A DNA stretch of 64,000 nucleotides, from the NCBI RefSeq assembly GCF_009914755.1, contig NC_060939.1; one strand, given 5' to 3'. A model generated the notes under the pieces. The model made no database searches and was not told the origin of the DNA. It saw only the letters and a list, made by a program, of their open reading frames with translations. A program made the translations under genes and the position numbers. The DNA is from the human T2T-CHM13v2.0 reference genome, Homo sapiens. Shown in pieces: positions 41,101-55,927 of this stretch (its first letter is position 1; each line of letters begins with the position of its first letter).

Positions 41101-43490
41101 TCCATATTATTCCATTACACTCCCTTCCATTCTATTACTTTCATTTCCATTCAATTCCATTCCATTTGATTCCATTCCACTCGGTTTCATTCCATTTGAG
41201 TCCACTCCGTTCCATTCCATTCCATTCCATTCAGTTCCATTCCATTCTGTTCCATTCCATTCCGTTCCATTGCATTCCATTCCATTCGGTACCATTCCAT
41301 ATTGTTCCATTCGATTCCATTCGAATCCATTCCATTCCAGTCCATTCCATTCCATTCCATTCCATTCCATTCCATTCCATTCCACTTGATTCCACTCCAT
41401 TCCCTTCCACTGCATTCCATTCGATTCCATTCCATTGCATTGCATTCCATTCCATTGGACTGCATTCCATTTGATTCCATTCCATTCGAATCAATTACAT
41501 AGCAATCCATTACATTCGAGTCTATTCTATTCCGTTCCATTCGATTTCGTTCCAATCCATTCGATTCCATTCCATTCGATTCCATTCCATACTATTGCAT
41601 TCCATTCGATTACATTATATTCGAATAAGTTCCATTCAAGACCATTTCTTTTGAGTCCATTCTATTTGAGTCCATTCCCTTTGATTCCATAACATTTGAG
41701 TCCATTCAATTCCATTCCTTTCGTTTGCATTCCATTTGATGCCATTCCATTCAATTCTGTTCTACTCGACTCCAATACATTCAATTCCATTCCATCCGAT
41801 TCCATTACATTCTTTTCATTTCTTATCCATTTCAAGCCATTCCACTCCACTCCATTCCACTCGTTTCCTTTCCATTCGAGTCCATTCCTCTCCAGTCCAT
41901 TCCGTTCAATCCATTCCATTCCAGTCCATTCCATTCGAGTCCGTTCCATTCCAGTCCATTCCATTCGAGTCAATTCCATTCCATTCGATGTCTTTCCATA
42001 ACGATCCATTCCATTCTATTCCTTTCGATTCCATTCCATTCTATTTCATTCCATTCGATTCCCTTCCATTGGACTCCTTTCCATTCGAGTGCATTCCATT
42101 CCGTTCCATTTCTTTCCGTTCTGTACGATTCCTACCGTTCGATTTCATTTTGTTCCAGTCCATTCCTTTCGCGTCCATTCCATTCCATTTCACTCCATTC
42201 GATTCCATTCCACTCGATTCCACTTCGTTCCATTTCATTGCATTCCATTCTATTCAACTCTATTGCCTTCCATTCCATTCCATTCGATTACATTCCATGC
42301 GATTCCATTCAAAATCGAATCAATTACATTACAATCCATTACTATTGAGTCCGTTTTATTCCAGTCCACTGCATTCTGGTCCATTCCATTTGATTCCATT
42401 CCATTTTATTCCATTCCATACAGTTGCATTCCATTGGATTCCATGCTATATCTATAAATTCAATTCGAGACCATTGCTTTTGAGTCCATTCTATATGTTT
42501 CCATTCCATTCAAGTCCATTACTTTTGGTTCAATTCCATTCCATTCCATTCCCTTCCATTCCATTCCAGTTGATATCAATCCATTCGATTCCATTCCATT
42601 CGAGCACATTCCATTCGAGTCCATTCCATTCGATGCCATTCCATTTGATTCTATTCCATTAGTCTCCATTCAATTCCATTAATCTCCATTCCATTCCATT
42701 CTACTCCAACTGATTCCATTCCATTCTATTCCTTTCCATTCCATTTCATTCCATTCCATTCCATTTCATTCCATTCCATTCCATTCGCTTCCATTCCATT
42801 CGTATCCATTCCACTCCAGTCCATTCCATTCGTGTCCATTCCATTCCAGTCCATTCCATTTGTGTCCACTGCATTCCATTCCACTCCATTCCATGTTATT
42901 CCATTACACTCCATTCCATTCTATTACTTTCATTTCCATTCAATTCCATTCCATTTGATTCCATTCCACTCGGTTTCATTCAATTTGAATCCACTCCATT
43001 CTATTCCATTCCATTCCATTCAGTTCCATTCTATTCTGTTCTATTCCATTCCGTTCCAGTGCATTCCATTCCATTCGGTACCTTTCCATATTGTTCCATT
43101 CGATTCCATTCGAATCCATTCCATTCCAGTCCATTCCATTCGATTCCATTCCATTCCTTTCAATTCCATTCCATTCCATTCCACTTGATTCCACTCCATT
43201 CCCTTCCACTGCATTCCATTCGATTCCGTTCCATTGCATTGCGTTCCATTCCATTGGACTGCATTCCATTCGATTCCATTCCATTCGAATCAATTACATA
43301 GCAATCCATTACATTCGAGTCTATTCTATTCCGTTCCATTCGATTTCATTCCAATCCATTCGATTCCATTCCATTCGATTCCATTCCATACTATTGCATT
43401 CCATTTGATTACATTATATTCGAATAAGTTCCATTCAAGACCATTTCTTTTGAGTCCATTCTATTTGAGTCCATTCCCTTTGATTCCATA
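20143..43490 (+). repeat. Block of nested multi-unit duplications (4-, 5- and 3-unit periods: 7191, 8980, 5382 bp)
   Basis: The diagnostic TTCAAAATCG variant occurs at 20758, 27949, 36929 and 42311. GAAGCAAT occurs at 22566, 29757 and 38737. CCGG occurs at 30003 and 38983. Confidence 0.85.
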
Positions 43491-46400
43491 ACATTTGAGT
43501 CCATTCAATTCCATTCCTTTCGTTTCCATTCCATTTGATGCCATTCCATTCAATTCTGTTCTACTCGACTCCAATACATTCAATTCCATTCCATCCGATT
43601 CCATTACATTCTTTTCATTTCTTATCCATTTCAAGCCATTCCACTCCATTCCATTCCACTCGTTTCCTTTCCATTCGAGTCCATTCCTCTCCAGTCCATT
43701 CCGTTCAATCCATTCCATTCCAGTCCATTCCATTCGAGTCCGTTCCATTCCAGTCCATTCCATTCGAGTCAACTCCATTCCATTCGATGTCTTTCCATAA
43801 CGATCCATTCCATTCTATTCCTTTCGATTCCATTCCATTCTATTTCATTCCATTCGATTCCCTTCCATTGGACTCCTTTCCATTCGAGTGCATTCCATTC
43901 CTTTCCATTTCTTTCCGTTCTGTACGATTCCTACCGTTCGATTTCATTTTGTTCCAGTCCATTCCTTTCGCGTCCATTCCATTCCATTTCACTCCATTCG
44001 ATTCCATTCCACTCGATTCCACTTCGTTCCATTTCATTGCATTCCATTCTATTCAACTCTATTTGCCTTCCATTCCATTCCATTCGATTACATTCCATGC
44101 GATTCCATTCGAAATCGAATCAATTACATTGCAATCCATTACTATTGAGTCCGTTTTATTCCAGTCCACTGCATTCTGGTCCATTCCATTTGATTCCATT
44201 CCATTCTATTCCATTCTATACAGTTGCATTCCATTGGATTCCATGCTATATCTATAAATTCAATTCGAGACCATTGCTTTTGAGTCCATTCTATATGATT
44301 CCATTCCATTCAAGTCCATTACATTTGGTTCAATTCCATTCCATTCCATTCCCTTCCATTCCATTCCAGTTGATATCAATCCATTCGATTCCATTCCATT
44401 CGAGCACATTCCATTCGAGTCCATTCCATTCGATGCCATTCCATTTGATTCTATTCCATTAGTCTCCATTCAATTCCATTAATCTCCATTCCATTCCATT
44501 CTACTCCAACTGATTCCATTCCATTCTATTCCTTTCCATTCCATTTCATTCCATTCCATTCCATTTCATTCCATTCCATTCCATTCGTGTCCATTCCACT
44601 CCAGTCCATTCCATTCGTGTCCATTCCATTCCAGTCCATTCCATTTGTGTCCCCTGCATTCCATTACACTCCATTCCATATTATTCCATTACACTCCATT
44701 CAATTCTATTACTTTCATTTCCATTCAATTCCATTCCATTTGATTCCATTCCACTCGGTTTCATTCCATTTGAGTCCACTCCATTCCATTCCATTCCATT
44801 CCATTCAGTTCCATTCCATTCTGTTCCATTCCATTCCGTTCCATTGCATTCCATTCCATTCGGTACCATTCCATATTGTTCCATTCGATTCCATTCGAAT
44901 CCATTCCATTCCAGTCCATTCCATTCGATTCCATTCCATTCCTTTCAATTCCATTCCATTCCATTCCATTCCACTTGATTCCACTCCATTCCCTTCCACT
45001 GCATTCCATTCGATTCCATTCCATTGCATTGCATTCCATTCCATTGGACTGCATTCCATTCGATTCCATTCCATTCGAATCAATTACATAGCAATCCATT
45101 ACATTCGAGTCTATTCTATTCCGTTCCATTCGATTTCGTTCCAATCCATTCGATTCCATTCCATTCGATTCCATTCCATACTATTGCATTCCATTCTATT
45201 ACATTATATTCGAATAAGTTCCATTCAAGACCATTTCTTTTGAGTCCATTCTATTTGAGTCCATTCCCTTTGATTCCATAACATTTGAGTCCATTCAATT
45301 CCATTCCTTTCGTTTGCATTCCATTTGATGCCATTCCATTCAATTCTGTTCTACTCGACTCCAATACATTCAATTCCATTCCATCCGATTCCATTACATT
45401 CTTTTCATTTCTTATCCATTTCAAGCCATTCCACTCCACTCCATTCCACTCGTTTCCTTTCCATTCGAGTCCATTCCTCTCCAGTCCATTCCGTTCAATC
45501 CATTCCATTCCAGTCCATTCCATTCGAGTCCGTTCCATTCCAGTCCATTCCATTCGAGTCAATTCCATTCCATTCGATGTCTTTCCATAACGATCCATTC
45601 CATTCTATTCCTTTCGATTCCATTCCATTCTATTTCATTCCATTCGATTCCCTTCCATTGGACTCCTTTCCATTCGAGTGCATTCCATTCCGTTCCATTT
45701 CTTTCCGTTCTGTACGATTCCTACCGTTCGATTTCATTTTGTTCCAGTCCATTCCTTTCGCGTCCATTCCATTCCATTTCACTCCATTCGATTCCATTCC
45801 ACTCGATTCCACTTCGTTCCATTTCATTGCATTCCATTCTATTCAACTCTATTGCCTTCCATTCCATTCCATTCGATTACATTCCATGCGATTCCATTCG
45901 AAATCGAATCAATTACATTGCAATCCATTACTATTGAGTCCGTTTTATTCCAGTCCACTGCATTCTGGTCCATTCCATTTGATTCCATTCCATTCTATTC
46001 CATTCCATACAGTTGCATTCCATTGGATTCCATGCTATATCTATAAATTCAATTCGAGACCATTGCTTTTGAGTCCATTCTATATGTTTCCATTCCATTC
46101 AAGTCCATTACATTTGGTTCAATTCCATTCCCTTCCATTCCATTCCAGTTGATATCAATCCATTCGATTCCATTCCATTCGAGCACATTCCATTCGAGTC
46201 CATTCCATTCGATGCCATTCCATTTGATTCTATTCCATTAGTCTCCATTCAATTCCATTAATCTCCATTCCATTCCATTCTACTCCAACTGATTCCATTC
46301 CATTCTATTCCTTTCCATTCTATTTCATTCCATTCCATTCCATTTCATTCCATTCCATTCCATTCGCTTCCATTCCATTCGTATCCATTCCACTCCAGTC

Positions 46401-49400
46401 CATTCCATTCGTGTCCATTCCATTCCAGTCCATTCCATTTGTGTCCACTGCATTCCATTCCACTCCATTCCATGTTATTCCATTACACTCCATTCCATTC
46501 TATTACTTTCATTTCCATTCAATTCCATTCCATTTGATTCCATTCCACTCGGTTTCATTCCATTTGAATCCACTCCATTCTATTCCATTCCATTCCATTC
46601 AGTTCCATTCTATTCTGTTCTATTCCATTCCGTTCCATTGCATTCCATTCCATTCGGTACCTTTCCATATTGTTCCATTCGATTCCATTCGAATCCATTC
46701 CATTCCAGTCCATTCCATTCGATTCCATTCCATTCCTTTCAATTCCATTCCATTCCATTCCATTCCACTTGATTCCACTCCATTCCCTTCCACTGCATTC
46801 CATTCGATTCCGTTCCATTGCATTGCGTTCTATTCCATTGGACTGCATTCCATTCGATTCCATTCCATTCGAATCAATTACATAGCAATCCATTACATTC
46901 GAGTCTATTCTATTCCGTTCCATTCGATTTCATTCCAATCCATTCGATTCCATTCCATTCGATTCCATTCCATACTATTGCATTCCATTCGATTACATTA
47001 TATTCGAATAAGTTCCATTCAAGACCATTTCTTTTGAGTCCATTCTATTTGAGTCCATTCCCTTTGATTCCATAACATTTGAGTCCATTCAATTCCATTC
47101 CTTTCGTTTCCATTCCATTTGATGCCATTCCATTCAATTCTGTTCTACTCGACTCCAATACATTCAATTCCATTCCATCCGATTCCATTACATTCTTTTC
47201 ATTTCTTATCCATTTCAAGCCATTCCACTCCATTCCATTCCACTCGTTTCCTTTCCATTCGAGTCCATTCCTCTCCAGTCCATTCCGTTCAATCCATTCC
47301 ATTCCAGTCCATTCCATTCAAGTCCGTTCCATTCCAGTCCATTCCATTCGAGTCAATTCCATCCCATTCGATGTCTTTCCATAACGATCCATTCCATTCT
47401 ATTCCTTTCGATTCCATTCCATTCTATTTCATTCCATTCGATTCCCTTCCATTGGACTCCTTTCCATTCGAGTGCATTCCATTCCGTTCCATTTCTTTCC
47501 GTTCTGTACGATTCCTACCGTTCGATTTCATTTTGTTCCAGTCCATTCCTTTCGCGTCCATTCCATTCCATTTCACTCCATTCGATTCCATTCCACTCGA
47601 TTCCACTTCGTTCCATTTCATTGCATTCCATTCTATTCAACTCTATTGCCTTCCATTCCATTCCATTCGATTACATTCCATGCGATTCCATTCGAAATCG
47701 AATCAATTACATTGCAATCCATTACTATTGAGTCCATTTTATTCCAGTCCACTGCATTCTGGTCCATTCCATTTGATTCCATTCCATTCTATTCCATTCC
47801 ATACAGTTGCATTCCATTGGATTCCATTCTATATCTATAAATTCAATTCGAGACCATTGCTTTTGAGTCCATTCTATATGATTCCATTCCATTCAAGTCC
47901 ATTACATTTGGTTCAATTCCATTCCATTCCATTCCCTTCCATTCCATTCCAGTTGATATCAATCCATTCGATTCCATTCCATTCGAGCACATTCCATTCG
48001 AGTCCATTCCATTCGATGCCATTCCATTTGATTCTATTCCATTAGTCTCCATTCAATTCCATTAATCTCCATTCCATTCCATTCTACTCCAACTGATTCC
48101 ATTCCATTCTATTCCTTTCCATTCCATTTCATTCCATTCCATTCCATTTCATTCCATTCCATTTCATTCCATTCCATTCCATTCGTGTCCATTCCACTCC
48201 AGTCCATTCCATTCGTGTCCATTCCATTCCAGTCCATTCCATTTGTGTCCACTGCATTCCATTCCACTCCATTCCATATTATTCCATTACACTCCATTCC
48301 ATTCTATTACTTTCATTTCCATTCAATTCCATTCCATTTGATTCCATTCCACTCGGTTTCATTCCATTTGAGTCCACTCCATTCCATTCCATTCCATTCC
48401 ATTCAGTTCCATTCCATTCTGTTCCATTCCATTCCGTTCCATTACATTCCATTCCATTCGGTACCATTCCATATTGTTCCATTCGATTCCATTCGAATCC
48501 ATTCCATTCCAGTCCATTCCATTCGATTCCATTCCATTCATTTCAATTCCATTCCATTCCATTCCATTACATTCCACTTGATTCCTCTCCATTCCCTTCC
48601 ACTGCATTCCGTTCGATTCCATTCCATTGCATTGCATTCCATTCCATTGGATTGCATTCCATTCGATTCCATTCCATTCGAATCAATTACATAGCAATCC
48701 ATTACATTCGAGTCTATTCTATTCCGTTCCATTCGATTTCGTTCCAATCCATTCGATTCCATTCCATTCGATTCCATTCCATACTATTGCATTCCATTCG
48801 ATTACATTATATTCGAATAAGTTCCATTCAAGACCATTTCTTTTGAGTCCATTCTATTTGAGTCCATTCCCTTTGATTCCATAACATTTGAGTCCATTCA
48901 ATTCCATTCCTTTCGTTTCCATTCCATTTGATGCCATTCCATTCAATTCTGTTCTACTCGACTCCAATACATTCAATTCCATTCCATCCGATTCCATTAC
49001 ATTCTTTTCATTTCTTATCCATTTCAAGCCATTCCACTCCATTCCATTCCACTCGTTTCCTTTCCATTCGAGTCCATTCCTCTCCAGTCCATTCCGTTCA
49101 ATCCATTCCATTCCAGTCCATTCCATTCGAGTCCGTTCCATTCCAGTCCATTCCATTCGGGTCAACTCCATTCCATTCGATGTCTTTCCATAACGATCCA
49201 TTCCATTCTATTCCTTTCGATTCCATTCCATTCTATTTCATTCCATTCGATTCCCTTCCATTGGACTCCTTTATATTCGAGTGCATTCCATTCCGTTCCA
49301 TTTCTTTCCGTTCTGTACGATTCCTACCGTTCGATTTCATTTTGTTCCAGTCCATTCCTTTCGCGTCCATTCCATTCCATTTCACTCCATTCGATTCCAT

Positions 49401-52400
49401 TCCACTCGATTCCACTTCGTTCCATTTCATTGCATTCCGTTCTATTCAACTCTATTGCCTTCCATTCCATTCCATTCGATTACATTCCATGCGATTCCAT
49501 TCGAAATCGAATCAATTACATTGCAATCCATTACTATTGAGTCCGTTTTATTCCAGTCCACTGCATTCTGGTCCATTCCATTTGATTCCATTCCATTTTA
49601 TTCCATTCCATACAGTTGCATTCCATTGGATTCCATGCTATATCTATAAATTCAATTCGAGACCATTGCTTTTGAGTCCATTCTATATGTTTCCATTCCA
49701 TTCAAGTCCATTACATTTGGTTCAATTCCATTCCATTCCATTCCCTTCCATTCCATTCCAGTTGATATCAATCCATTCGATTCCATTCCATTCGAGCACA
49801 TTCCATTCGAGTCCATTCCATTCGATGCCATTCCATTTGATTCTATTCCATTAGTCTCCATTCAATTCCATTAATCTCCATTCCATTCCATTCTACTCCA
49901 ACTGATTCCATTCCATTCTATTCCTTTCCATTCCATTTCATTCCATTCCATTCCATTTCATTCCATTCCATTCCATTCGCTTCCATTCCATTCGTGTCCA
50001 TTCCACTCCAGTCCATTCCATTCGTGTCCATTCCATTCCAGTCCATTCCATTTGTGTCCACTGCATTCCATTCCACTCCATTCCATATTATTCCATTACA
50101 CTCCATTCCATTCTATTACTTTCATTTCCATTCAATTCCATTCCATTTGATTCCATTCCACTCGGTTTCATTCCATTTGAATCCACTCCATTCCATTCCA
50201 TTCCATTCCACTCAGTTCCATTCTATTCTGTTCCATTCCATTGCGTTCCATTACATTCCATTCCATTCGGTACCATTCCATATTGTTCCATTCGATTCCA
50301 TTCGAATCCATTCCATTACAGTCCATTCCATTCGATTCCATTCCATTCCTTTCAATTCCATTCCATTCCATTCCATTCCATTCCACTTGATTCCACTCCA
50401 TTCCCTTCCACTGCATTCCATTCGATTCCATTCCATTGCATTGCGTTCCATTCCATTGGACTGCATTCCATTCGATTCCATTCCATTCGAATCAATTACA
50501 TAGCAATCCATTACATTCGAGTCTATTCTATTCCGTTCCATTCGATTTCATTCCAATCCATTCGATTCCATTCCATTCGATTCCATTCCATACTATTGCA
50601 TTCCATTCGATTACATTATATTCGAATAAGTTCCATTCAAGATCATTTCTTTTGAGTCCATTCTATTTGAGTCCATTCCCTTTGATTCCATAACATTTGA
50701 GTCCATTCAATTCCATTCCTTTCGTTTCCATTCCATTTGATGCCATTCCATTCAATTCTGTTCTACTCGACTCCAATACATTCAATTCCATTCCATCCGA
50801 TTCCATTACATTCTTTTCATTTCTTATCCATTTCAAGCCATTCCACTCCATTCCATTCCACTCGTTTCCTTTCCATTCGAGTCCATTCCTCTCCAGTCCA
50901 TTCCGTTCAATCCATTCCATTCCAGTCCATTCCATTCGAGTCCGTTCCATTCCAGTCCATTCCATTCGAGTCAATTCCATCCCATTCGATGTCTTTCCAT
51001 AACGATCCATTCCATTCTATTCCTTTCGATTCCATTCCATTCTATTTCATTCCATTCGATTCCCTTCCATTGGACTCCTTTCCATTCGAGTGCATTCCAT
51101 TCCGTTCCATTTCTTTCCGTTCTGTACGATTCCTACCGTTCGATTTCATTTTGTTCCAGTCCATTCCTTTCGCGTCCATTCCATTCCATTTCACTCCATT
51201 CGATTCCATTCCACTCGATTCCACTTCGTTCCATTTCATTGCATTCCATTCTATTCAACTCTATTGCCTTCCATTCCATTCCATTCGATTACATTCCATG
51301 CGATTCCATTCGAAATCGAATCAATTACATTGCAATCCATTACTATTGAGTTCATTTTATTCCAGTCCACTGCATTCTGGTCCATTCCATTTGATTCCAT
51401 TCCATTCTATTCCATTCCATACAGTTGCATTCCATTGGATTCCATTCTATATCTATAAATTCAATTCGAGACCATTGCTTTTGAGTCCATTCTATATGAT
51501 TCCATTCCATTCAAGTCCATTACATTTGGTTCAATTCCATTCCATTCCATTCCCTTCCATTCCATTCCAGTTGATATCAATCCATTCGATTCCATTCCAT
51601 TCGAGCACATTCCATTCGAGTCCATTCCATTCGATGCCATTCCCTTTGATTCTATTCCATTAGTCTCCATTCAATTCCATTAATCTCCATTCCATTCCAT
51701 TCTACTCCAACTGATTCCATTCCATTCTATTCCTTTCCATTCCATTTCATTCCATTCCATTCCATTTCATTCCATTCCATTTCATTCCATTCCATTCCAT
51801 TCGTGTCCATTCCACTCCAGTCCATTCCATTCGTGTCCATTCCATTCCAGTCCATTCCATTTGTGTCCACTGCATTCCATTCCACTCCATTCCATATTAT
51901 TCCATTACACTCCATTCCATTCTATTACTTTCATTTCCATTCAATTCCATTCCATTTGATTCCATTCCACTCGGTTTCATTCCATTTGAGTCCACTCCAT
52001 TCCATTCCATTCCATTCCATTCAGTTCCATTCCATTCTGTTCCATTCCATTCCGTTCCATTACATTCCATTCCATTCGGTACCATTCCATATTGTTCCAT
52101 TCGATTCCATTCGAATCCATTCCATTCCAGTCCATTCCATTCGATTCCATTCCATTCATTTCAATTCCATTCCATTCCATTCCATTACATTCCACTTGAT
52201 TCCTATCCATTCCCTTCCACTGCATTCCGTTCGATTCCATTCCATTGCATTGCATTCCATTCCATTGGATTGCATTCCATTCGATTCCATTCCATTCGAA
52301 TCAATTACATAGCAATCCATTACATTCGAGTCTATTCTATTCCGTTCCATTCGATTTCGTTCCAATCCATTCGATTCCATTCCATTCGATTCCATTCCAT

Positions 52401-55400
52401 ACTATTGCATTCCATTCGATTACATTATATTCGAATAAGTTCCATTCAAGACCATTTCTTTTGAGTCCATTCTATTTGAGTCCATTCCCTTTGATTCCAT
52501 AACATTTGAGTCCATTCAATTCCATTCCTTTCGTTTCCATTCCATTTGATGCCATTCCATTCAATTCTGTTCTACTCGACTCCAATACATTCAATTCCAT
52601 TCCATCCGATTCCATTACATTCTTTTCATTTCTTATCCATTTCAAGCCATTCCACTCCATTCCATTCCACTCGTTTCCTTTCCATTCGAGTCCATTCCTC
52701 TCCAGTCCATTCCGTTCAATCCATTCCATTCCAGTCCATTCCATTCGAGTCCGTTCCATTCCACTCCATTCCATTAGAGTCAACTCCATTCCATTCGATG
52801 TCTTTCCATAACGATCCATTCCATTCTATTCCTTTCGATTCCATTCCATTCTATTTCATTCCATTCGATTCCCTTCCATTGGACTCCTTTCCATTCGAGT
52901 GCATTCCATTCCTTTCCATTTCTTTCCGTTCTGTACGATTCCTACCGTTCGATTTCATTTTGTTCCAGTCCATTCCTTTCGCGTCCATTCCATTCCATTT
53001 CACTCCATTCGATTCCATTCCACTCGATTCCACTTCGTTCCATTTCATTGCATTCCATTCTATTCAACTCTATTGCCTTCCATTCCATTCCATTCGATTA
53101 CATTCCATGCGATTCCATTCGAAATCGAATCAATTACATTGCAATCCATTACTATTGAGTCCGTTTTATTCCAGTCCACTGCATTCTGGTCCATTCCATT
53201 TGATTCCATTCCATTCTATTCCATTCCATACAGTTGCATTCCATTGGATTCCATGCTATATCTATAAATTCAATTCGAGACCATTGCTTTTGAGTCCATT
53301 CTATATGATTCCATTCCATTCAAGTCCATTACATTTCGTTCAATTCCATTCCATTCCATTCCCTTCCATTCCATTCCAGTTGATATCAATCCATTCGATT
53401 CCATTCCATTCGAGCACATTCCATTCGAGTCCATTCCATTCGATGCCATTCCATTTGATTCTATTCCATTAGTCTCCATTCAATTCCATTAATCTCCATT
53501 CCATTCCATTCTACTCCAACTGATTCCATTCCATTCTATTCCTATCCATTCCATTTCATTCCATTCCATTCCATTTCATTCCATTCCATTCCATTCGTGT
53601 CCATTCCACTCCAGTCCATTCCATTCGTGTCCATTCCATTCCAGTCCATTCCATTTGTGTCCACTGCATTCCATTCCACTCCATTCCATATTATTCCATT
53701 ACACTCCATTCAATTCTATTACTTTCATTTCCATTCAATTCCATTCCATTTGATTCCATTCCACTCGGTTTCATTCCATTTGAGTCCACTCCATTCCATT
53801 CCATTCCATTCCATTCAGTTCCATTCCATTCTGTTCCATTCCATTCCGTTCCATTCCATTCCATTCCATTCGGTACCATTCCATATTGTTCCATTCGATT
53901 CCATTCGAATCCATTCCATTCCAGTCCATTCCATTCGATTCCATTCCATTCATTTCAATTCCATTCCATTCCATTCCATTACATTCCACTTGATTCCTCT
54001 GCATTCCCTTCCACTGCATTCCGTTCGATTCCATTCCATTGCATTGCATTCCATTCTATTGGATTGCATTCCATTCGATTCCATTCCATTCGAATCAATT
54101 ACATAGCAATCCATTACATTCGAGTCTATTCTATTCCGTTCCATTCGATTTCGTTCCAATCCATTCGATTCCATTCCATTCGATTCCATTCCATACTATT
54201 GCATTCCATTCGATTACATTATATTCGAATAAGTTCCATTCAAGACCATTTCTTTTGAGTCCATTCTATTTGAGTCCATTCCCTTTGATTCCATAACATT
54301 TGAGTCCATTCAATTCCATTCCTTTCGTTTCCATTCCATTTGATGCCATTCCATTCAATTCTGTTCTACTCGACTCCAATACATTCAATTCCATTCCATC
54401 CGATTCCATTACATTCTTTTCATTTCTTATCCATTTCAAGCCATTCCACTCCATTCCATTCCACTCGTTTCCTTTCCATTCGAGTCCATTCCTCTCCAGT
54501 CCATTCCGTTCAATCCATTCCATTCCAGTCCATTCCATTCGAGTCCGTTCCATTCCAGTCCATTCCATTCGAGTCAATTCCATTCCATTCGATGTCTTTC
54601 CATAACGATCCATTCCATTCTATTCCTTTCGATTCCATTCCATTCTATTTCATTCCATTCGATTCCCTTCCATTGGACTCCTTTCCATTCGAGTGCATTC
54701 CATTCCTTTCCATTTATTTCCGTTCTGTACGATTCCTACCGTTCGATTTCATTTTGTTCCAGTCCATTCCTTTCGCGTCCATTCCATTCCATTTCACTCC
54801 ATTCGATTCCATTCCACTCGATTCCACTTCGTTCCATTTCATTGCATTCCATTCTATTCAACTCTATTGCCTTCCATTCCATTCCATTCGATTACATTCC
54901 ATGCGATTCCATTCGAAATCGAATCAATTACATTGCAATCCATTACTATTGAGTCCGTTTTATTCCAGTCCACTGCATTCTGGTCCATTCCATTTGATTC
55001 CATTCCATTCTATTCCATTCCATACAGTTGCATTCCATTGGATTCCATGCTATATCTATAAATTCAATTCGAGACCATTCCTTTTGAGTCCATTCTATAT
55101 GATTCCATTCCATTCAAGTCCATTACATTTGGTTCAATTCCATTCCATTCCATTCCCTTCCATTCCATTCCAGTTGATATCAATCCATTCGATTCCATTC
55201 CATTCGAGCACATTCCATTCGAGTCCATTCCATTCGATGCCATTCCATTTGATTCTATTCCATTAGTCTCCATTCAATTCCATTAATCTCCATTCCATTC
55301 CATTCTACTCCAACTGATTCCATTCCATTATATTCCTTTCCATTCCATTTCATTCCATTCCATTCCATTTCATTCCAGTCCATTCCATTCGTGTCCATTC

Positions 55401-55927
55401 CACTCCAGTCCATTCCATTCGTGTCCATTCCATTCCAGTCCATTCCATTTGTGTCCCCTGCATTCTATTACACTCCATTCCATATTATTCCATTACACTC
55501 CATTCCATTCTATTACTTTCATTTCCATTCAATTCCATTCCATTTGATTCCATTCCACTCGGTTTCATTCCATTTGAGTCCACTCCATTCCATTCCATTC
55601 CATTCCATTCAGTTCCATTCCATTCTATTCCATTCAATTCCGTTCCATTACATTCCATTCCATTCGGTACCATTCCATATTGTTCCATTCGATTCCATTC
55701 GAATCCATTCCATTCCAGTCCATTCCATTCGATTCCATTCCATTCATTTCAATTCCATTCCATTCCATTCCATTACATTCCACTTGATTCCTCTCCATTC
55801 CCTTCCACTGCATTCCGTTCGATTCCATTCCATTGCATTGCATTCCATTCCATTGGATTGCATTCCATTCGATTCCATTCCATTCGAATCAATTACATAG
55901 CAATCCATTACATTCGAGTCTATTCTA

